64,000 nucleotides of DNA, taken from assembly GCA_964035545.1 (NCBI GenBank), contig OZ037766.1, positions 21,998,767-22,062,766 on the forward strand, read 5' to 3'. The stretch comes from Bugula neritina (Eukaryota > Animalia > Bryozoa). The notes below the pieces were generated by a model that was not told the origin of the DNA, did no database searches, and saw nothing but the letters and a program-made list of their open reading frames with translations. How positions within the stretch are numbered: the stretch's first letter is position 1; the number at the start of each line of letters is the position of its first letter. Made by a program: the position numbers and the translations under genes. Below, piece by piece: positions 43,901 to 58,600 of the stretch.

Positions 43901-46900
43901 TGTTGAGGGCTATAGTCATTCTCAGCATTACAGAACCGATAGAGGGTGAGAAGCCCCAGCACCAGCTGCTCCAGGCACAGTTTGATCTCGTGATCCTAAT
44001 GACAAGAGAAGATGATGTAATTGAGTACACTGAGCATAGTTTTAATCACTGTATTTCAGCAAATTCAGCTGTATAAAGACTCACCCCACCTCTTAAATCT
44101 TTCAAGCCATAGTAGTTACAAGAATGTTTATTAGTTTCGTATTTTAATAATTTTATTAGACTTCTTATTAATTTATTCCAGTATTATACACAACGCTGCA
44201 GAATACAGTTAATATAACCAGTTCTGCTTAAATTGTGGAATAAAGATGCATGACTCTTTACCAGAATATTAGTTACATTTCTATAGAACAAGATGAATTG
44301 TTTGATAAACTGAAACATTTTATCGCTATTAGTTTCATCTGTTAGAACAATCATCAGAAACATTACTCTGTTTTATACTGAGCTCCTTTTATTGGCAAAC
44401 GAGCACACAGCAACATGTGTGAATGTAAATATTCTGGACTTTAGTTATGCTTATATCAAGCAACCATATCTTGCTAAAAACACAACCACAGAGTATTATT
44501 GACAACAACTCTACTAACACTGCTGTAAACCACATGCTTGGAAAGTTTTAGGCTGTAGTGACTCATTTAAAACTTTGCGTGTAATAAATTATTAACCATA
44601 ACATGAAACAAGAGGGCGATATGCATACCTCCATCAGTCCCCACATGACCTGCACGAGTTTACCAATCAGCTCATCTCTTGCATCTGTCTCAGTTTCAAC
44701 TATTTGCTTCAGAAATGGAATAACTGCTCCTTGCATAATGTAAGGCACTTTCTGTACACGGAAATATGAGAACTCTTGGATGCATAATATAACACACATA
44801 AACACATTACCTACATCTTTTACACTATTTTATGTACATTATGTATATAATATGTACAGATGCACGCACACATATGTATACACACATACACACACACACA
44901 AACATACATTTATACATATGTATATAAAAAACTATAATAAAAAAAGACTTGATAACCTACGAGCGATATAAAAAGTTAATAATTCTCACCATTCTAGGCA
45001 CAAGATGCTCAAATATATGCGTCAGTATCAACACATGTGTCGTAGAAATATGATTCATGTCATCTTCAATCTATAAAACAGTATGCAGTTAAGCAGAAGC
45101 CAAGTATCTATCTGTATAATGCTCCCTCCGTATCTCAATAAACTGCGGGGTTCGAAACCTCAAGTCATGACATAGCAGAATAGCAGATTTAACTCAGGGA
45201 TTCGTTAAATCAGCCATTTTGTCCCTATACACATATAAATAAACCACAACACAGGGGTCCAAGCCCTTTTCGTGACATATGAAACTTCGTGAGAAATGGA
45301 TCCGTGAGCTATGGAGGGAGCACTGTACACTAGTAACATATTACGCGGTAACTAGTATATTATTATTCAACACGTCTACCTTAGATTATGTTATTCTAAC
45401 CAATATGTATACTGAGAACACACCTCATGCAGAAATATTGGCAGCTGATTGCTAACATATCTCAGTAACAGCTGCGTCTGCTTCAGCTGGGAAGTGGGAG
45501 GTAACTCCATAGGCTGAAAACCTTTTATTGGATATCTTTATACAAACATGGTAAAGGTAGTAACTCTAACTATTTTTCAGGCAAAAAAACATGTTTATAT
45601 CTATTTTAGCGCATAATCCAGTTTGGTTTAGCAGACGACCTTACCCAGGGTCATTCTTTTATAATCTACGCTTACAGTACTTAGAAGGAAGTGTTATCAA
45701 GAAATAATATTTTCCAAGATAAATGTAAGGTGTGAAGTAAACAGGTGCCTGATTATTGAAAAAGAAGATATTCTATTATATTATTTCACAGAGCGGGTAG
45801 ATATAGCATTATATTACTTCACAAAGCAGGTAGATATAGCATTAAAGCTAGACAAAATTGCAAAGAATACATGTATGGCGTGGAGCCAAAGTTGAGACGG
45901 ACAGACTCTCCTTGGGACAAGCTGACAGCCGGAAAGTAAGCAAAGCCAGGTCCAAGGTTGATATTCTCAAAGGCAGCGCCCATACTAACTCCATTCCTAC
46001 ATAAGAATAATGTTATGAAGTCAGCACTCACATTGCTCATCCTATATGTTGCAACTGTGGTAGAAAAATTTTATAATACCCTGAAATGGAAATTTACAAG
46101 ACGTTCAAAGAGATCTTGTAATGTGTTAAATTATATTAGTTCAGTTACATATGTATACTGGTATGTTTTAGTTTAATGGTAGGCTTTATTTATTTAGTAT
46201 TTAGATATAATTGTTACCAGCAAAAGGCATGCCAACATTCTATCCCCTGATACATCATAGATGTATTACATGTAGACACAACCCAGTAACATACTACAGA
46301 AATGTAGACACAACACAGTAATATACTACAGAAATGTAGGCACAACACAGTAATATACTACAGAAATGTAGACACAACCCAGTAACATACTACAGAAATG
46401 TAGACACAACCCAGTAACATACTACAGAAATGTAGACACAACCCAGTAACATAGTACAGAAATGTAGACACAACACATCTCGATGCCAATGCACAGCATC
46501 ATAGCGTATAGTTTACATCAATGACTGCAATACCACGATATATAATTGTGAGGTACTAACGTGATTATATATAATTGTAAGACACTGAAGTTTTAAAGAT
46601 TCAAGATATTAGCGATGTTATCAAAGACCGTACCTGTAAAATGTGACAACCCCCTCATCACAGTCTATAGTACATGTTATGACATCACCAGTAAGCCATG
46701 ACTACAACATGTAACAAAATTCTGTCAATAAAAGTCCATAAAAAGGATGAATGGCTGTGAGATAATGTTGAGAGATGCACAATAGTTACTGCATGCATTT
46801 TGCTTCTTGTATATAGATATCCTATAATAACTACAACATGCTGTGATAACTCACCTCTCCGTACTTCTCTGTTTTTACATTCCATTTTCTGACCCGATTT

Positions 46901-49900
46901 CCATCATAAGAATAAGAGTTAGGGGTGTCACCAACTCCCTCCTGCATAATAAACACTTTGTAGAGTCATGCAGCTGTAAATATCATATTATTCATTACAA
47001 TTACATTATAAGGTATTGACACAGTAACTATAGTACTAATTTTCATCTGAATCAATGTTGTGATGGGATTCATTGTAAAAAGATGTTACATTATTAACAT
47101 TATACAAATATATTTTAGCATGAATTTCATTAATATATCTCGATTCAAGAAAGAGCGAACCAATAGCTCACTAAAATCCAATGAGTTGCGTATATTCTTA
47201 GTATATGAGATACTTACTGAGTGATTAAACTTGCAGGATATGGTACACCAGCCAAGCTGCATCAACCCCTTGGAGCCAAGCAATACCTCATACATCCATT
47301 TACCTGCATACAAAAAGAGTACATAGTCAGCTGTTCAGGGATTGGTCAGTGCCCTACAGTACACTATTGCATTGCATAATGTTCAATAGGCTACAAGACC
47401 GTCGGCCAGCAACCTTAGTTAAGTTTCAATTTTTAAATTTTATTAAGGGATTGTATTTTCACTTGTGAAACTAGAGCAAGTTGCTAAAATGAAAACATTA
47501 TAAACATAAAACTGAAAACTGAAAACACAGAATTTTTTATTCTGCAATGGATTTTACCTAGACAATAAAAATAGCATTAAGAAAATTTGTCATAATGATT
47601 CCTACAACTACTCAATATTGCAAAAAATAATTTTCAAAACAACTTACACGCTCGTTTGAGTATTAAATTTTCTGATGCAGTTACAAAAAACTTTATAGCA
47701 TTACTAATTATACTAATTCTATTGTTTTGAAATGGACTTTTACTGTAAATTTATGGTCGTTGGCTGTGAGAAAAGAAGGCAACTAATGTTCAATGATTTT
47801 AGCAGATTATTTTAAAATGGTTGTCTATTTAAAAATATTAATTATTTGAGGTGCATTTGCAATGAACAATTAAATTATTGAAATGCTAATAAGAGGTAAT
47901 GGAAAAGGTAGATTATTGTCATATACTCACAGATACACTGATCATTGCAGAGGAAAATATCAGAAAATGCAGTTTGCTAAATTTACATCAATCAACCTTT
48001 CATGAACATGATAATAACATGAATACTCAGCTATTATAAGTACTTGCTGAAGAAAAACTAGACCAGAGGCCTAAATTAACTCTGTATTGGATGCATTGTA
48101 TGATGGATGTAGCCACTGTACTCTAACTACTATAAAATACAAGACTAAATGATTATATCATACACTAGCTACATCATATCTAGCTAAAGAAACCAGTAAA
48201 AGTAAATGTCAATCATAAAATATAAATAGCATCACTTGATGTCTTTGGGATGAATCAATTAGCATTTTCTTACAGTTGAAGGAGCACATCAAGGTTATTA
48301 CATAGCTTTCCCTTATTATGTATTCACTTGGAATTACAGCTTACTAACCTTTGTAAACACATGCGTTGGCCTTCACTGTGGAGAAGTTTCCTTGCCCGGT
48401 AATCTACAGTTGCAAATAAATGTTACTGTAAAACTAGAAAATTTTTAAAGTAAGTAGTAAATAAAATGAGTAAACATTGCGAATAACAACTGTTTCAGTA
48501 ATTGCCAAAGTGAGTTTGTGAGATTACAAAGTGTTTTTATGAAATGAGGTTAAAGTGCTTCAACATACAGTTTAGAATTAGGATTTCAATAATGCAGTAA
48601 ACTGATTATTTTGACTATACAAATGAAACAACTGAAGTAAACCTTTAGCAGCTGCAGAAATAATAAATCCAATTGAAGGGTCTTGCAGCTTCTCTGCAGA
48701 AAATTTTGACAGAGGTTTGTTATGAAAACAAAAGTGTTTTTTTTAAATTTTTAATTAAAACTGAAGTTTCTTGCAATTTCTTTATTGTAGAAAGTATTTC
48801 TTGACTACCGGAGTACAAAATGCAGTCTTTTTCAATAGTGAGTGACAGCAACAGTTACTACAATGATTGCAACTCACTCAAAAAGGAACTTTCATTAACT
48901 CACCCCTAAATTGTCACTCTCATATAGGACGGAACCGGTTAATTTGATTTCTTCAGCGCCAATCAATCCGTCCCTTGTTTGGGGAGCGGAAATGGCACCA
49001 ACTTTATTTAGCTCATCCTGAAGGAAGGAGTCTAAAGACTGAATAGTCAGAGTTTTACTACAAATTAAAAACCCATAAGTTGATTTTTATATCTATAATT
49101 CAATCAATTATTAAAACCGTTATTTTAATGCATTACATATTCTAATCATGAGTTAGGTGCAAGCTGTGACATGCATAAAATTAAGAGTAGACACTGAAAC
49201 TGTCGAAGCATAAAACAAAATGTTGGTTACTGCCTGATCAATGTTAACCTACAAGAGTACTCACATGGTTTGACAAAAAAAGCAATTGGATTTTTATAGT
49301 AAACTTTTATAGCATTGTCCATTTTTTAATTTTATTATTCAAGAAATACTTTAATGTAGCATTTTACAAATTGAAACTTGATTCAACAAAACATTAAGTA
49401 TATTTTCAATAGTAATGAAAAATTTTATGAGCACGCTTATAAAGCGCGATGCAAAAAAATACACAAAGTTTTATAAAATTCAGCAATGTAAAAGGTTTTA
49501 AATTAGCCAAACTTCGAGTATGTTTGAACCTACTTAACACTGTGAATATCTATTTATGAAGATTTGTTTCAATAATAAAATCCAATATTTGCAAATCTTT
49601 CAATCAACAATAAAAGTGAAAAGGAAAAAAGTAATAAAGAAACTATCAGACAGACAATAAGTGTCAACATAATGTTGTAGGACTGTGTTTTCAACTTGAC
49701 TAGAGTATGAAATTAAAAATGGCTTTCAATTGCTTGAAAATGTGCCACAATATAGCCTAAACATATATTGCCAGAATCAACAGACTATTACTTTTAAGCA
49801 CTGTACTTTGAATTTCAGCAACAATGACTAGACACTTACCTTTTAAGAGGAGTGAAAACTTGATCTAATATTGCATTCTCTTGGTAGATGTTGGCTGTGA

Positions 49901-51006
49901 AATGAAAAGTCAATATACAGATTAGCAATAAACCAATAGTGCTAAATTTAATAAAATTAGGGCTTAGTTATGTAGTATCTAACAATAAGGAATCAAAACT
50001 TACATTCTTTACACTGGCCAGCAAAGATAACCTACTTATTAATATGGTAAATATAGTTTACAGACTGTCAGTTAACAATATAGAATTTAGACCAGTAGAA
50101 GTTAAGGAAAAGTCATAAACATGTGCTATTTTTGCAAAATGATGCCTTCCGATTAAACACTGACTATATATTTGAATTTACTTACTCTATTTAATGTTGT
50201 GATAAATTTATATCTAAACTTTAATTCAATCACTGGTGGGGTTGATACAATAAATAATTCCTGAATAATTAGGTGTGATTATTCCATTTTAAAGTGATAG
50301 TAGAGTAAGCAATAATTATTGCATTTTTTCAGTCACAGGATTGGTTGTTGTTGCACAAGCAGGTTATACTAAATAAATAATAACTTGATAAACTGCTCGG
50401 GGTAAAATTGACAGAGGGGCTTTTCAGTGATAGCCTGAAAATGTGTACATGAAATTCTATTGTTTAGCATGTATTTTATCAATTCATTGAAAGGAAATTC
50501 TTATACAAAATAACAGCTTATACAAATCTGAGCCAGTAAGTAAATGGTAGAATCAAATATTAAAAAAAATACTTATCTTTATTAGCATTATATTTCAAGA
50601 TACAGGAGTCACGTACCTTTAAGTCAATACAGTGCTAACCCCAGGTATCTTTACCAAACAAGATTATTTGAACAAATTAGGTTATGAAAACAAAATTACA
50701 GTTGAAGATTTGTGAATTTATAAAGTTGTTGAAGTATAATTATATATTTAACTTATAAAGTTAAAATGAAAGATTTCATAATTACAACTTAACGTTAATT
50801 ATTTAATTATAAAGGTCCAATTTTTAAACATTTTTTAGAATCCAAGTTTGAGTTAGTTTTAATTTCTTACCGTGATAATGAACATTAGTATCTACAAGCA
50901 CTACACTTTGATTATGACTTTTTGAAATTTGTGATCTGGTGTTAGAAGATTTTGAATCAGGGCCAACGCCAAAGCCCAAAGTTTTGTCTGAGCCACCTGA
51001 AGCCAT
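34949..51006 (-). CDS. RNF123: E3 ubiquitin ligase RNF123 / KPC1 (SPRY + C-terminal RING), more than 25 exons
   Basis: SPRY motifs [40 protein letters not shown]; body [38 protein letters not shown]; RING CTIC...[10 protein letters not shown]...CFFC (35636-35551 and last exon). The start at 51006 is the best-supported ATG. Confidence 0.93.
36819..36868 (-). mobile_element. 50-bp 5'-truncated LINE/SINE 3' tail with 18-bp TSD
   Basis: acatgatacttattaatt at 36801-36818 and 36869-36886 flanks an insert that reads CCCGCTACCCGAACTGGACAAAGCGGAGATAGGTTAGAATGGTGAGAAAA on the - strand. Confidence 0.7.
41351..41611. mobile_element. Fold-back MITE, copy 2 (internally deleted relative of 18810-19218)
   Basis: gggtcattttacttaatttagtacacactgg ... 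ccagtgtgtactaaattaagtaaaatggccc; ATAA TSD. Confidence 0.85.
43415..43828 (-). other. U12-type (minor spliceosome) GT-AG intron in RNF123
   Basis: Donor GTATCCTTTT matches the U12 consensus; TTGTTTAAC branch-like motif about 12 nt before the AG; splicing restores KWIL-FDKMKFP. Confidence 0.75.
45117..45325. mobile_element. Tc1/mariner-type MITE
   Basis: TA|taatgctccctccgtatctca ... tgagctatggagggagcactg|TA imperfect TIRs. Confidence 0.65.
46271..46477. repeat. 32-bp minisatellite, about 6.5 copies, intronic
   Basis: Unit tgtagacacaacccagtaacatactacagaaa starting at 46271, 46303, 46335, 46367, 46399, 46431, 46463. Confidence 0.95.
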
Positions 51007-53865
51007 TAACCTTTAGTTCCAGTGAGTAACATCGGTTTTGAAATAGGAATATTCAATAGCATCAACTGGTCTACTGGCTAACATAGTGGTAATCCATAGT
51101 TGCTGTGTAGACATGCTTCAACTTCATTCTAAGAATTTCTATAGTCTCTAAAATAGAATTTATCTTTTACAGCAAAACTCCTACTTTAAGTGATTGTCAC
51201 TATAATTGTTTTTACTGCAATTATTATTATTAATATTTATATTACCAAGTAATTATTCAACTTCAAGTCGCTAATTTGAATTATCAATTATTCAAAATTT
51301 ATTGGCAATTGATATTCACATTAGTGTTACTATTAGTCACTGTCATAGTGGTGAGTAGATATTTCATTTATAAATCACCCATACCGGTGGCTTATCTGTA
51401 GGCCACTGCCAATGGTTCCTACCTTCTAAATTAAAAATCAGAGCGCTTTCACTTTACACTCAAAAAATAAATCGCCTAATCATGTTAAATTTTAAATTCA
51501 GATTGTCTATGAATTTATGAAGTTCAAAATTGGATTAAGATTTACATCTGCTTTGAGTCCTTTGAATTTAGTTTTAAGGCTATTCCTTCATCATTCCCCC
51601 ACACTACATAATACATAGGCATATCATTAGGCTTAGCTGTTGGTTCAATAACCTTTAATTTTATACTAGACTTTAGTTTTAACGTTAGTTTTAAAACTTA
51701 AAGTTTTCATATTCAATTTCATATTGATATTTATTGTTCATTGATGATTAATGAGTCAGAGTTATACTAATTTTTGATATTGATATTTGGTATTACTAAT
51801 ACTGTAATAGAGTGATGGTAATATCAAATTTAATACTCATTAATACACTTCCCAACCTCTGAAACTAGTAGTAGTACTACAGTGACTGTGATAGTCATAC
51901 TTATTCTGATACAATTACAGTGACAGTTATACTTACAGTCAAACTCATACTGATAGTGATAGGCATATCAATTATTATAATTGTCAACTGTTTTAGTCTC
52001 ACTCTTTCAGTCTTTGTGTTTAAAATTGCCAATTACTATTAGTATTAGTATAACTATTAGTATTAGTCAATTACCGTTAGTATTAGTATAACTGAATTAT
52101 TATAATATATATTTATTATTATTATTAGTGTTACACTGTTTGGCTTCAAGATAACTCTAAACTTAAACTTGGAGATAAAGCAAATTTTAATTTCTGTCAC
52201 TGTGAGTGTCTTATAGCTATTTCATTTTCACTTTCAGTTTCAGAGCAAAGCCAAACTCAAAGTCAAAGCAATCAGTATCACTATCACAATCAGTAACACT
52301 AACACTAACAGTAGTGAGACTGACTCTCACTCTGAGTAACACTAACCTAAGTCTAACAGTCAAAAAGTAAAATCAAGTATTATTATTTTAATAACAACCA
52401 CAGTAAATATCTAAGAGACTTGGCAAATGTGACTAATTAATTTATTATTAGGGTAAATGTATTTGGTATTACATTTGCTTACATTTAAAATAAATGTTTA
52501 CAAGTCGTTTCTAGATGGTAAAACTATAACTAGAACTATCAGTATGTAGATATTCATATATTTTCAAGTTGAAAGTTGCTAACAAAGCCTAGGAATGAGA
52601 TCTTAAGTAGTAGCATCATCATACTTTATGAAAAGTGAATTTAAAGTCTGGAACCCAGTCTATCTTATACCTGAGTCATTTGTTTTTCGGGACGTCAGGC
52701 GTTTATTATCGTTTTATTCGATTTCAAATGTCATTTTCCTGCAATGATTCCAATTGTTTTAATTGCTCCTAGTGCTAGTAGTGTTATTCATTTTGTAAAT
52801 TTTAATTTTCATCTATTAACACTGCTCTATTTACAGAGGTTTTAAATGATTGTAAATGTGTTCTTCGCATTATATTATTGAAGGAAAATAAACGCTAGAT
52901 CCTGCTATTGCACTAGAAAATAAGAAGCCAACTCCACAGGATGTTTAGCTTCCAATATTATTATGATTGCGTACTTTGATTTTAACAATAACTATTAATA
53001 TTATTGTACAATTTGCCTTTATTCAATTGAGTCGCGGTAGTACTCAAGTCCGCATTAGTAGTTGCGATTGCAGTAAATTAATGGCTACATTTTGCACGCG
53101 GAAATGGATAACTCTGATGCAGAATAATTATGGTTGCACAAACATGGCTAGGACTACTGTAGCATGAAAATAAAAATGATAACAGGAATTAAAATTATGA
53201 GTACAGTTCTCTTTAAAATCATAGTAAATATGACATTTACAAGTTGGTTTCAAATAAAATATTTCATAACCATAGTAATACTAATACTAGTAATAGTTAT
53301 GTAATTTATATTCATATTCTGATTATTCATATTGAACTTATATACTTATAGTTATACTTATAGTTATACTTATAGTTATAACTTATAACAATGCAGTTAC
53401 ACTTTGACATTGTCATTGTGATACTCATACTGATGGAATTTGATAATTAACTTTAATATTATTATATTATCATTATGATTAATATTTACTTTTAGTATTA
53501 CGTTTGATTTGATTTATAATATTGAACTCTAATTTACTCATACTCATACTGTCTAATACAATTGAAATATTTATAAAATTGGGTATCAATTAATGAATTA
53601 TTCACTATTAAGTATCAGCTATCAAGAAGAATAAGAAATATTAAATTGAATTCAATGTGAATATCATTATCAGTAGCTTATGCATATTTAATCCTGTTTG
53701 ATATTATCATTTATTACATGATTATAATTATGAAGTTGAATATATTCATATTGAGTTTACTAATTTATATGAATATTGAAAATAGTATTACTATTAGTAT
53801 AAAATGTAAAATGTCCTTCATTGAAAAGGAATGCCAGGTAATTAATTTTGGTGAAGTAACCCCCC

Positions 53866-54250
53866 ATGTCACATTACAAACTCGGTACCACATGCCTTGT
53901 GTTGGCAGAAAACATCAAATGCCTTGGGGTAATCATCCAGTCAGACCTAAGATTTGATCAGCACATAAAAGAGAAGTTTACCAAGTCCCGGAAACTCCTT
54001 GGAGGGATCAAGCACTTTATGTATGATGCCCCAAAGGAGGCCTATACAAATTTATGCAGACCTATACTTGATTATGCTGATGTGGTTTGGGAATGTGCGA
54101 CTAAAAGCAACGTGCATGATATAGAGCTGGTCCAAGACAGTGCCAAGTGGTTCATAAGCAATCTGGTGAGACGCACCGACAGTGTATCTGACTGACCGCA
54201 CTACCTGTCGCATGAAGATGGGTAGACATATGAAAGCGTTCAAGCTTCTC
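53866..54250 (+). pseudogene. Degraded C-terminal fragment of a non-LTR (LINE) reverse transcriptase ORF2
   Basis: IKCLGVIIQSDLRFDQHI...AYTNLCRPILDYADVVW...IELVQ matches the KYLG/F..HI/RP.LEY...W thumb region of CR1/L2/Jockey-type elements; no upstream RT core. Confidence 0.8.
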
Positions 54251-55660
54251 ATAAGCTAACAGCCATATACTAAATGAGCTAAACAGTTGTGCTTAGCACT
54301 GCTTGTACTTTTGGTAGTCCCTGTACTTGTAATGTTGGCTGTGTCGTTCTCCTTACATAGGTTTTTCCCAAGCAAAGGACGACTGTTGGGACCACCCAAG
54401 GTAGTTTTGAATAGCCTTAACAGCATCTTCAATCATCTAGCACAAGTTATTCATTGCAGACGAAAATTGCATTCATGTTATGCACGAAAAACAAACCTGA
54501 AATGAGGTAACTACTAATTTTAGATCATGAAGTTATGGTAATGAAACTCAGGCGCAGAAATCTCATTCTAGAGTGGGAAGTTTTTTAAACTAAAGTGGCT
54601 CTCGCCCATTTAAGACAAGCAGGCCCTAGCCAGTAAGGTGTTCTAGTTCACCAACAGTGTATTAGAGGAGATGCTCGAACTACTGCATCATCTCACCACA
54701 GAAAACACGCATCTATTTCTCTACTTTAAATATCCGGACAATGATGGCTGGAATAAACAACTTCACTAGTGTGCTGATATAGAAACAGAGTTGTCAAAAA
54801 GAAGTATTTGTAACACAGCTCTTCAGGGTACTTGACTAGTAGGTGTTGGTACGAGGCAGTTTACACTTTTTTCTGGTTTGGTAGATCATCAGAAGAACAT
54901 CGACTATATGGCAATGGCTTTGCTATTAGATGAATAGAGCATTGCAACAAGCTTTATGAAATTTAAAGTACAGCAAATGATGAATATTTGAATTCACGTT
55001 TAGACACATCAGTTCTAGATCACCTAGATATGCCCCAGATCTTTTTGAAATAATCTCAGCTATTCAGAACCGTTGCTTTGGTAAAGCAGTGATGGAAGCC
55101 GATCAGAAATTTTGATGACTGGTTTAGATCCACTAGCTAAACATCTACATCTGATGAATAACTGCTAGCTTGCCCGATCTCTATTGTAGGGTTTCAGGAT
55201 GCAAAATTCACCACTTTGTAGAAGCAAGGGGGAGAATTTGATAACTGCAATGATTACCATGGCATTTTATTATTGAATGTTTCTGGCAATTGTTTTGCAA
55301 GAATACTCCTTGAGTGTCTTCAAAAGGTAGCTGATTAAGTCTGTCAGATATGATCTTTGCTGTTTGTCAACTCATGGAGAAGTCTTGTTAGCAGAGGAAA
55401 CTACTCTTCCTTACATTTTTGGACTTTGCAAAAGTGTTTGATCTCTGGGAAATTAAATTTTAAAATTACATTATGTATGTAGTTTTGCATACTCTTTCTC
55501 ACGTAGGTAACCGTAGCTTGACTGGCTACTAATAACGCTTATTGTTTAGATTCGCTATATTTAATTTGCATTGATACCCTGGAAAGATTATGTTATAATC
55601 ATCAATATCTTGTAATTTTAATGAAATGAATAAGGTTTCTGGTGTTTATTTTTGTAGATA

Positions 55661-58600
55661 ATGGCCATGGCAGCTATGCCCAAACGCCCTCCTCGTAGTT
55701 CTACTAGAATGTTGGGACACAGTTATGAAAAGGAAGAGGAATCCAACCTTCTCAATCGATTAATGAGTATGGGATTTCCCCAAAATAGATCGTAAGTTCA
55801 CAAAGTTATTTAAAAACTGTAGATTAGATTTTTTTTTTTTTCTTGTCAGAGTTTTCTCTAGTGTGGCTAAACTAAATTTTTCTGTGCAACTATAATGTCC
55901 GAGAATTCCCTTCGTAAAACTATTCTCTGAGTAGTTTGTTTACAGTGAAATATTTCTACTGCAGAACTGTCATTCCTCTAACTTTTAAAAATAATCTCTC
56001 CTTTAATTAGAAGGCAACATACCGAATGGCATATATTTTACTAAGCTGTGTAAATTTGTTGACATATTGAGTAATATATAATTTATTAAAACTTATTAGA
56101 ACATAGCACTTTGTTTACATAATAATACTTTGTACTAGAGAGAAAGCAATTGCTACCACAGGAAGCTTAAAAGAAGATGATATTGGCGACTGCGTAAACT
56201 GGTTATTGGCTCACGTGGATGACCCAAGCTTAGATGAGCTCAACTCTAGAGATTACATTCTCTACCTCTGTCCAGCTAGTGGTCAGTTAGCAGAGAGTCT
56301 AGCTAAGTTCTGGACAGATAGTAAAGTAGCTGCCCCCAATGGTGCTCATGATTCATTTCCTCACATTAGACTTACTACTTTCTTTAGGGTGAGCTTATAT
56401 TTTAGTTATGATATGCACCCGTTCACTTACAATGTTCCTGTAATTAGTGTATATGCTGACACCTTCACAATATTACAAATTGACATTGAGGTAATTCCAT
56501 TGTACATACTGACTTTCATGCTGCATGCTTTTCAGGTTCACTTTGTTGTCACATTTTAGAACTGAGTTGTATCATTTCGTTTCATAGGTTCCAGACGGTT
56601 TGATGCCCAATCTTTTGCAAGTTATAGAATCAACTATAGCAAGCTGTGAATATGTAAAATCGAATTATGAGTTGGAGTACCAGTCGCTAACTGATGATGC
56701 GTACAGATATGTTGGTCTCTTTCTCTCTGACTCTGATGACGATACACTTCATGATCTGGCTGATGTAATATACGCCAATGCTGATAAAATTGGTATGCTT
56801 TTCAAAAACTCAATTTTGAAATAAACATTTTTTGTGGTTTTACAAAATGAATTGAGAAATTGAAGTTGAAACTTTTTCATCTTATGAGTGATTATAAAAA
56901 TTTCGCTGATTGCAATAACTTCAATCAATAAATTTTCCACTCGCTACTGTAACCATATCAAGTCTCATCATCAATCTGTTGTAGGTGTGCTTATCGAGCC
57001 ATACACACGGCATATGCACATGTCTTTAGCCTACAGATTCGCAGATGAGCATCAGACTCTCATAGAAGGTTTAGCATCAAAAATAGATACTAATGCCAAG
57101 TGTAACTGGGAGTTGCGAGTCTACTCAAGGGATATTAGAACTCCATCACATGAGGTTATTTCAAATATAGAACTATGAAATCTCTTTATATTTCTACTTG
57201 AAACATTTAAGTTGAACTTAATAGTCACTATGCAATATTTGTCTCTGTTTTGTAAAAATAAATCTGGAATATGCTTTCTAGTGCGAGAGAGTTTGCTGAT
57301 TTTAGCGTTAGGAACATTGAAAGTTTTTTTATATACTTTTATAGATTAGCGGTTCAGTTGAAATCAACAGTAATAAAAAGCTTCTTGGCTTGTGTTTAGA
57401 TGTTAGCTGCGTACACAACAACCATGTATGCTCATTTACATAGTAACACAAAGATGACAATATATTTGTTATTTCTCAACATTTCACTTCTTGAGGATTT
57501 AACTAAGGCTTAGACAAGAAATGATCCCTTTCATTTATGAAATCCTTTTCAGGTGTTTTTATGTCTGAAATTATTTTACATGTTTTAATATTTTTTAAAA
57601 ATAATATTGTGAATGGAGTAGAAACGTGAGATTTATGATCTATAACTGAACAGATCAATTTTTAGATACGGATAGAGCTCAGTGTTCATGCTAACCACTA
57701 AAACTTTATTTTTGCATCCTACTTAATAATACTTATTTGTAGCTACGAGAAGTGACACATGAGTACAAGTCCTTGCAAAGTGATGAGATAAACTTAGATG
57801 TTGGAGATACCATTCTTACAGAGTTAGACTCCATTCATGACAGCATAGACGGGTGGTACACGGGCTTTTCTTTGCTAAATGGCAAGATTGGTCAATTCCC
57901 TGGCAATTACACTTTCAAGTCTTTTAGTGAACACAAAACATGGACTTTAGTGAAGTAAGTAAATTTATATGCTACAAGTTGTTGTGCTATTTTATAGTGT
58001 ATATTGCAATAACATAGTGAACTTTGAGTCTATTTCATGAAATTAAACTTGTTTATCAATTATTAAACCATGATTAACTTGTTGTGTATTCATTATTAAA
58101 CCACTTGAATGTAAATATAGACAGTTTTTGTATATCCAGTATATGTAACCCCTGAGGATGGTAACAATTATTATCAAAATATAAGGTAATAGTTTTATTT
58201 TATAATTATTTTTGACATATTTAAAATTTACTTATAGTAAGAGCTTTATGCTTTATATGAGCCCAATATGTGAGCTATTATTATTATATAATGCTTGCTC
58301 TATATATACTTTAGCATCTATAATATGCTTATTTTAAATACTTATGCTGTAGGGCGATACCAATGATAGGTAAACCACCGCTGGAAAAGGTCTCCCTCTA
58401 TGAGAATGTTCCAGATGAACAGGGATCACTGGATACTCCGGTAAGTCTTCAGTTTTACAAACTAGATGAAATTTAAGTATAGTCGCTATTTATAGTAGGT
58501 TGATAATTCATATAAACCCCATGTGGGTTTATAATCACCATCCTGTGAGAACCTCTCATGAAAAGGGATTTTTAAGTGAGCTAAGGACTGGTTTTCTATT

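Noticed and set aside
46271-46477. 32-bp repeats resembling a CRISPR array
   Set aside because: Head-to-tail with no unique spacers, inside a eukaryotic intron; it is a minisatellite.
54270-55450. Decayed coding-like sequence next to the LINE fragment (similar stretches at about 1735-2350 and 59480-60480)
   Set aside because: Probably old transposon debris, but no motif could be assigned with confidence.
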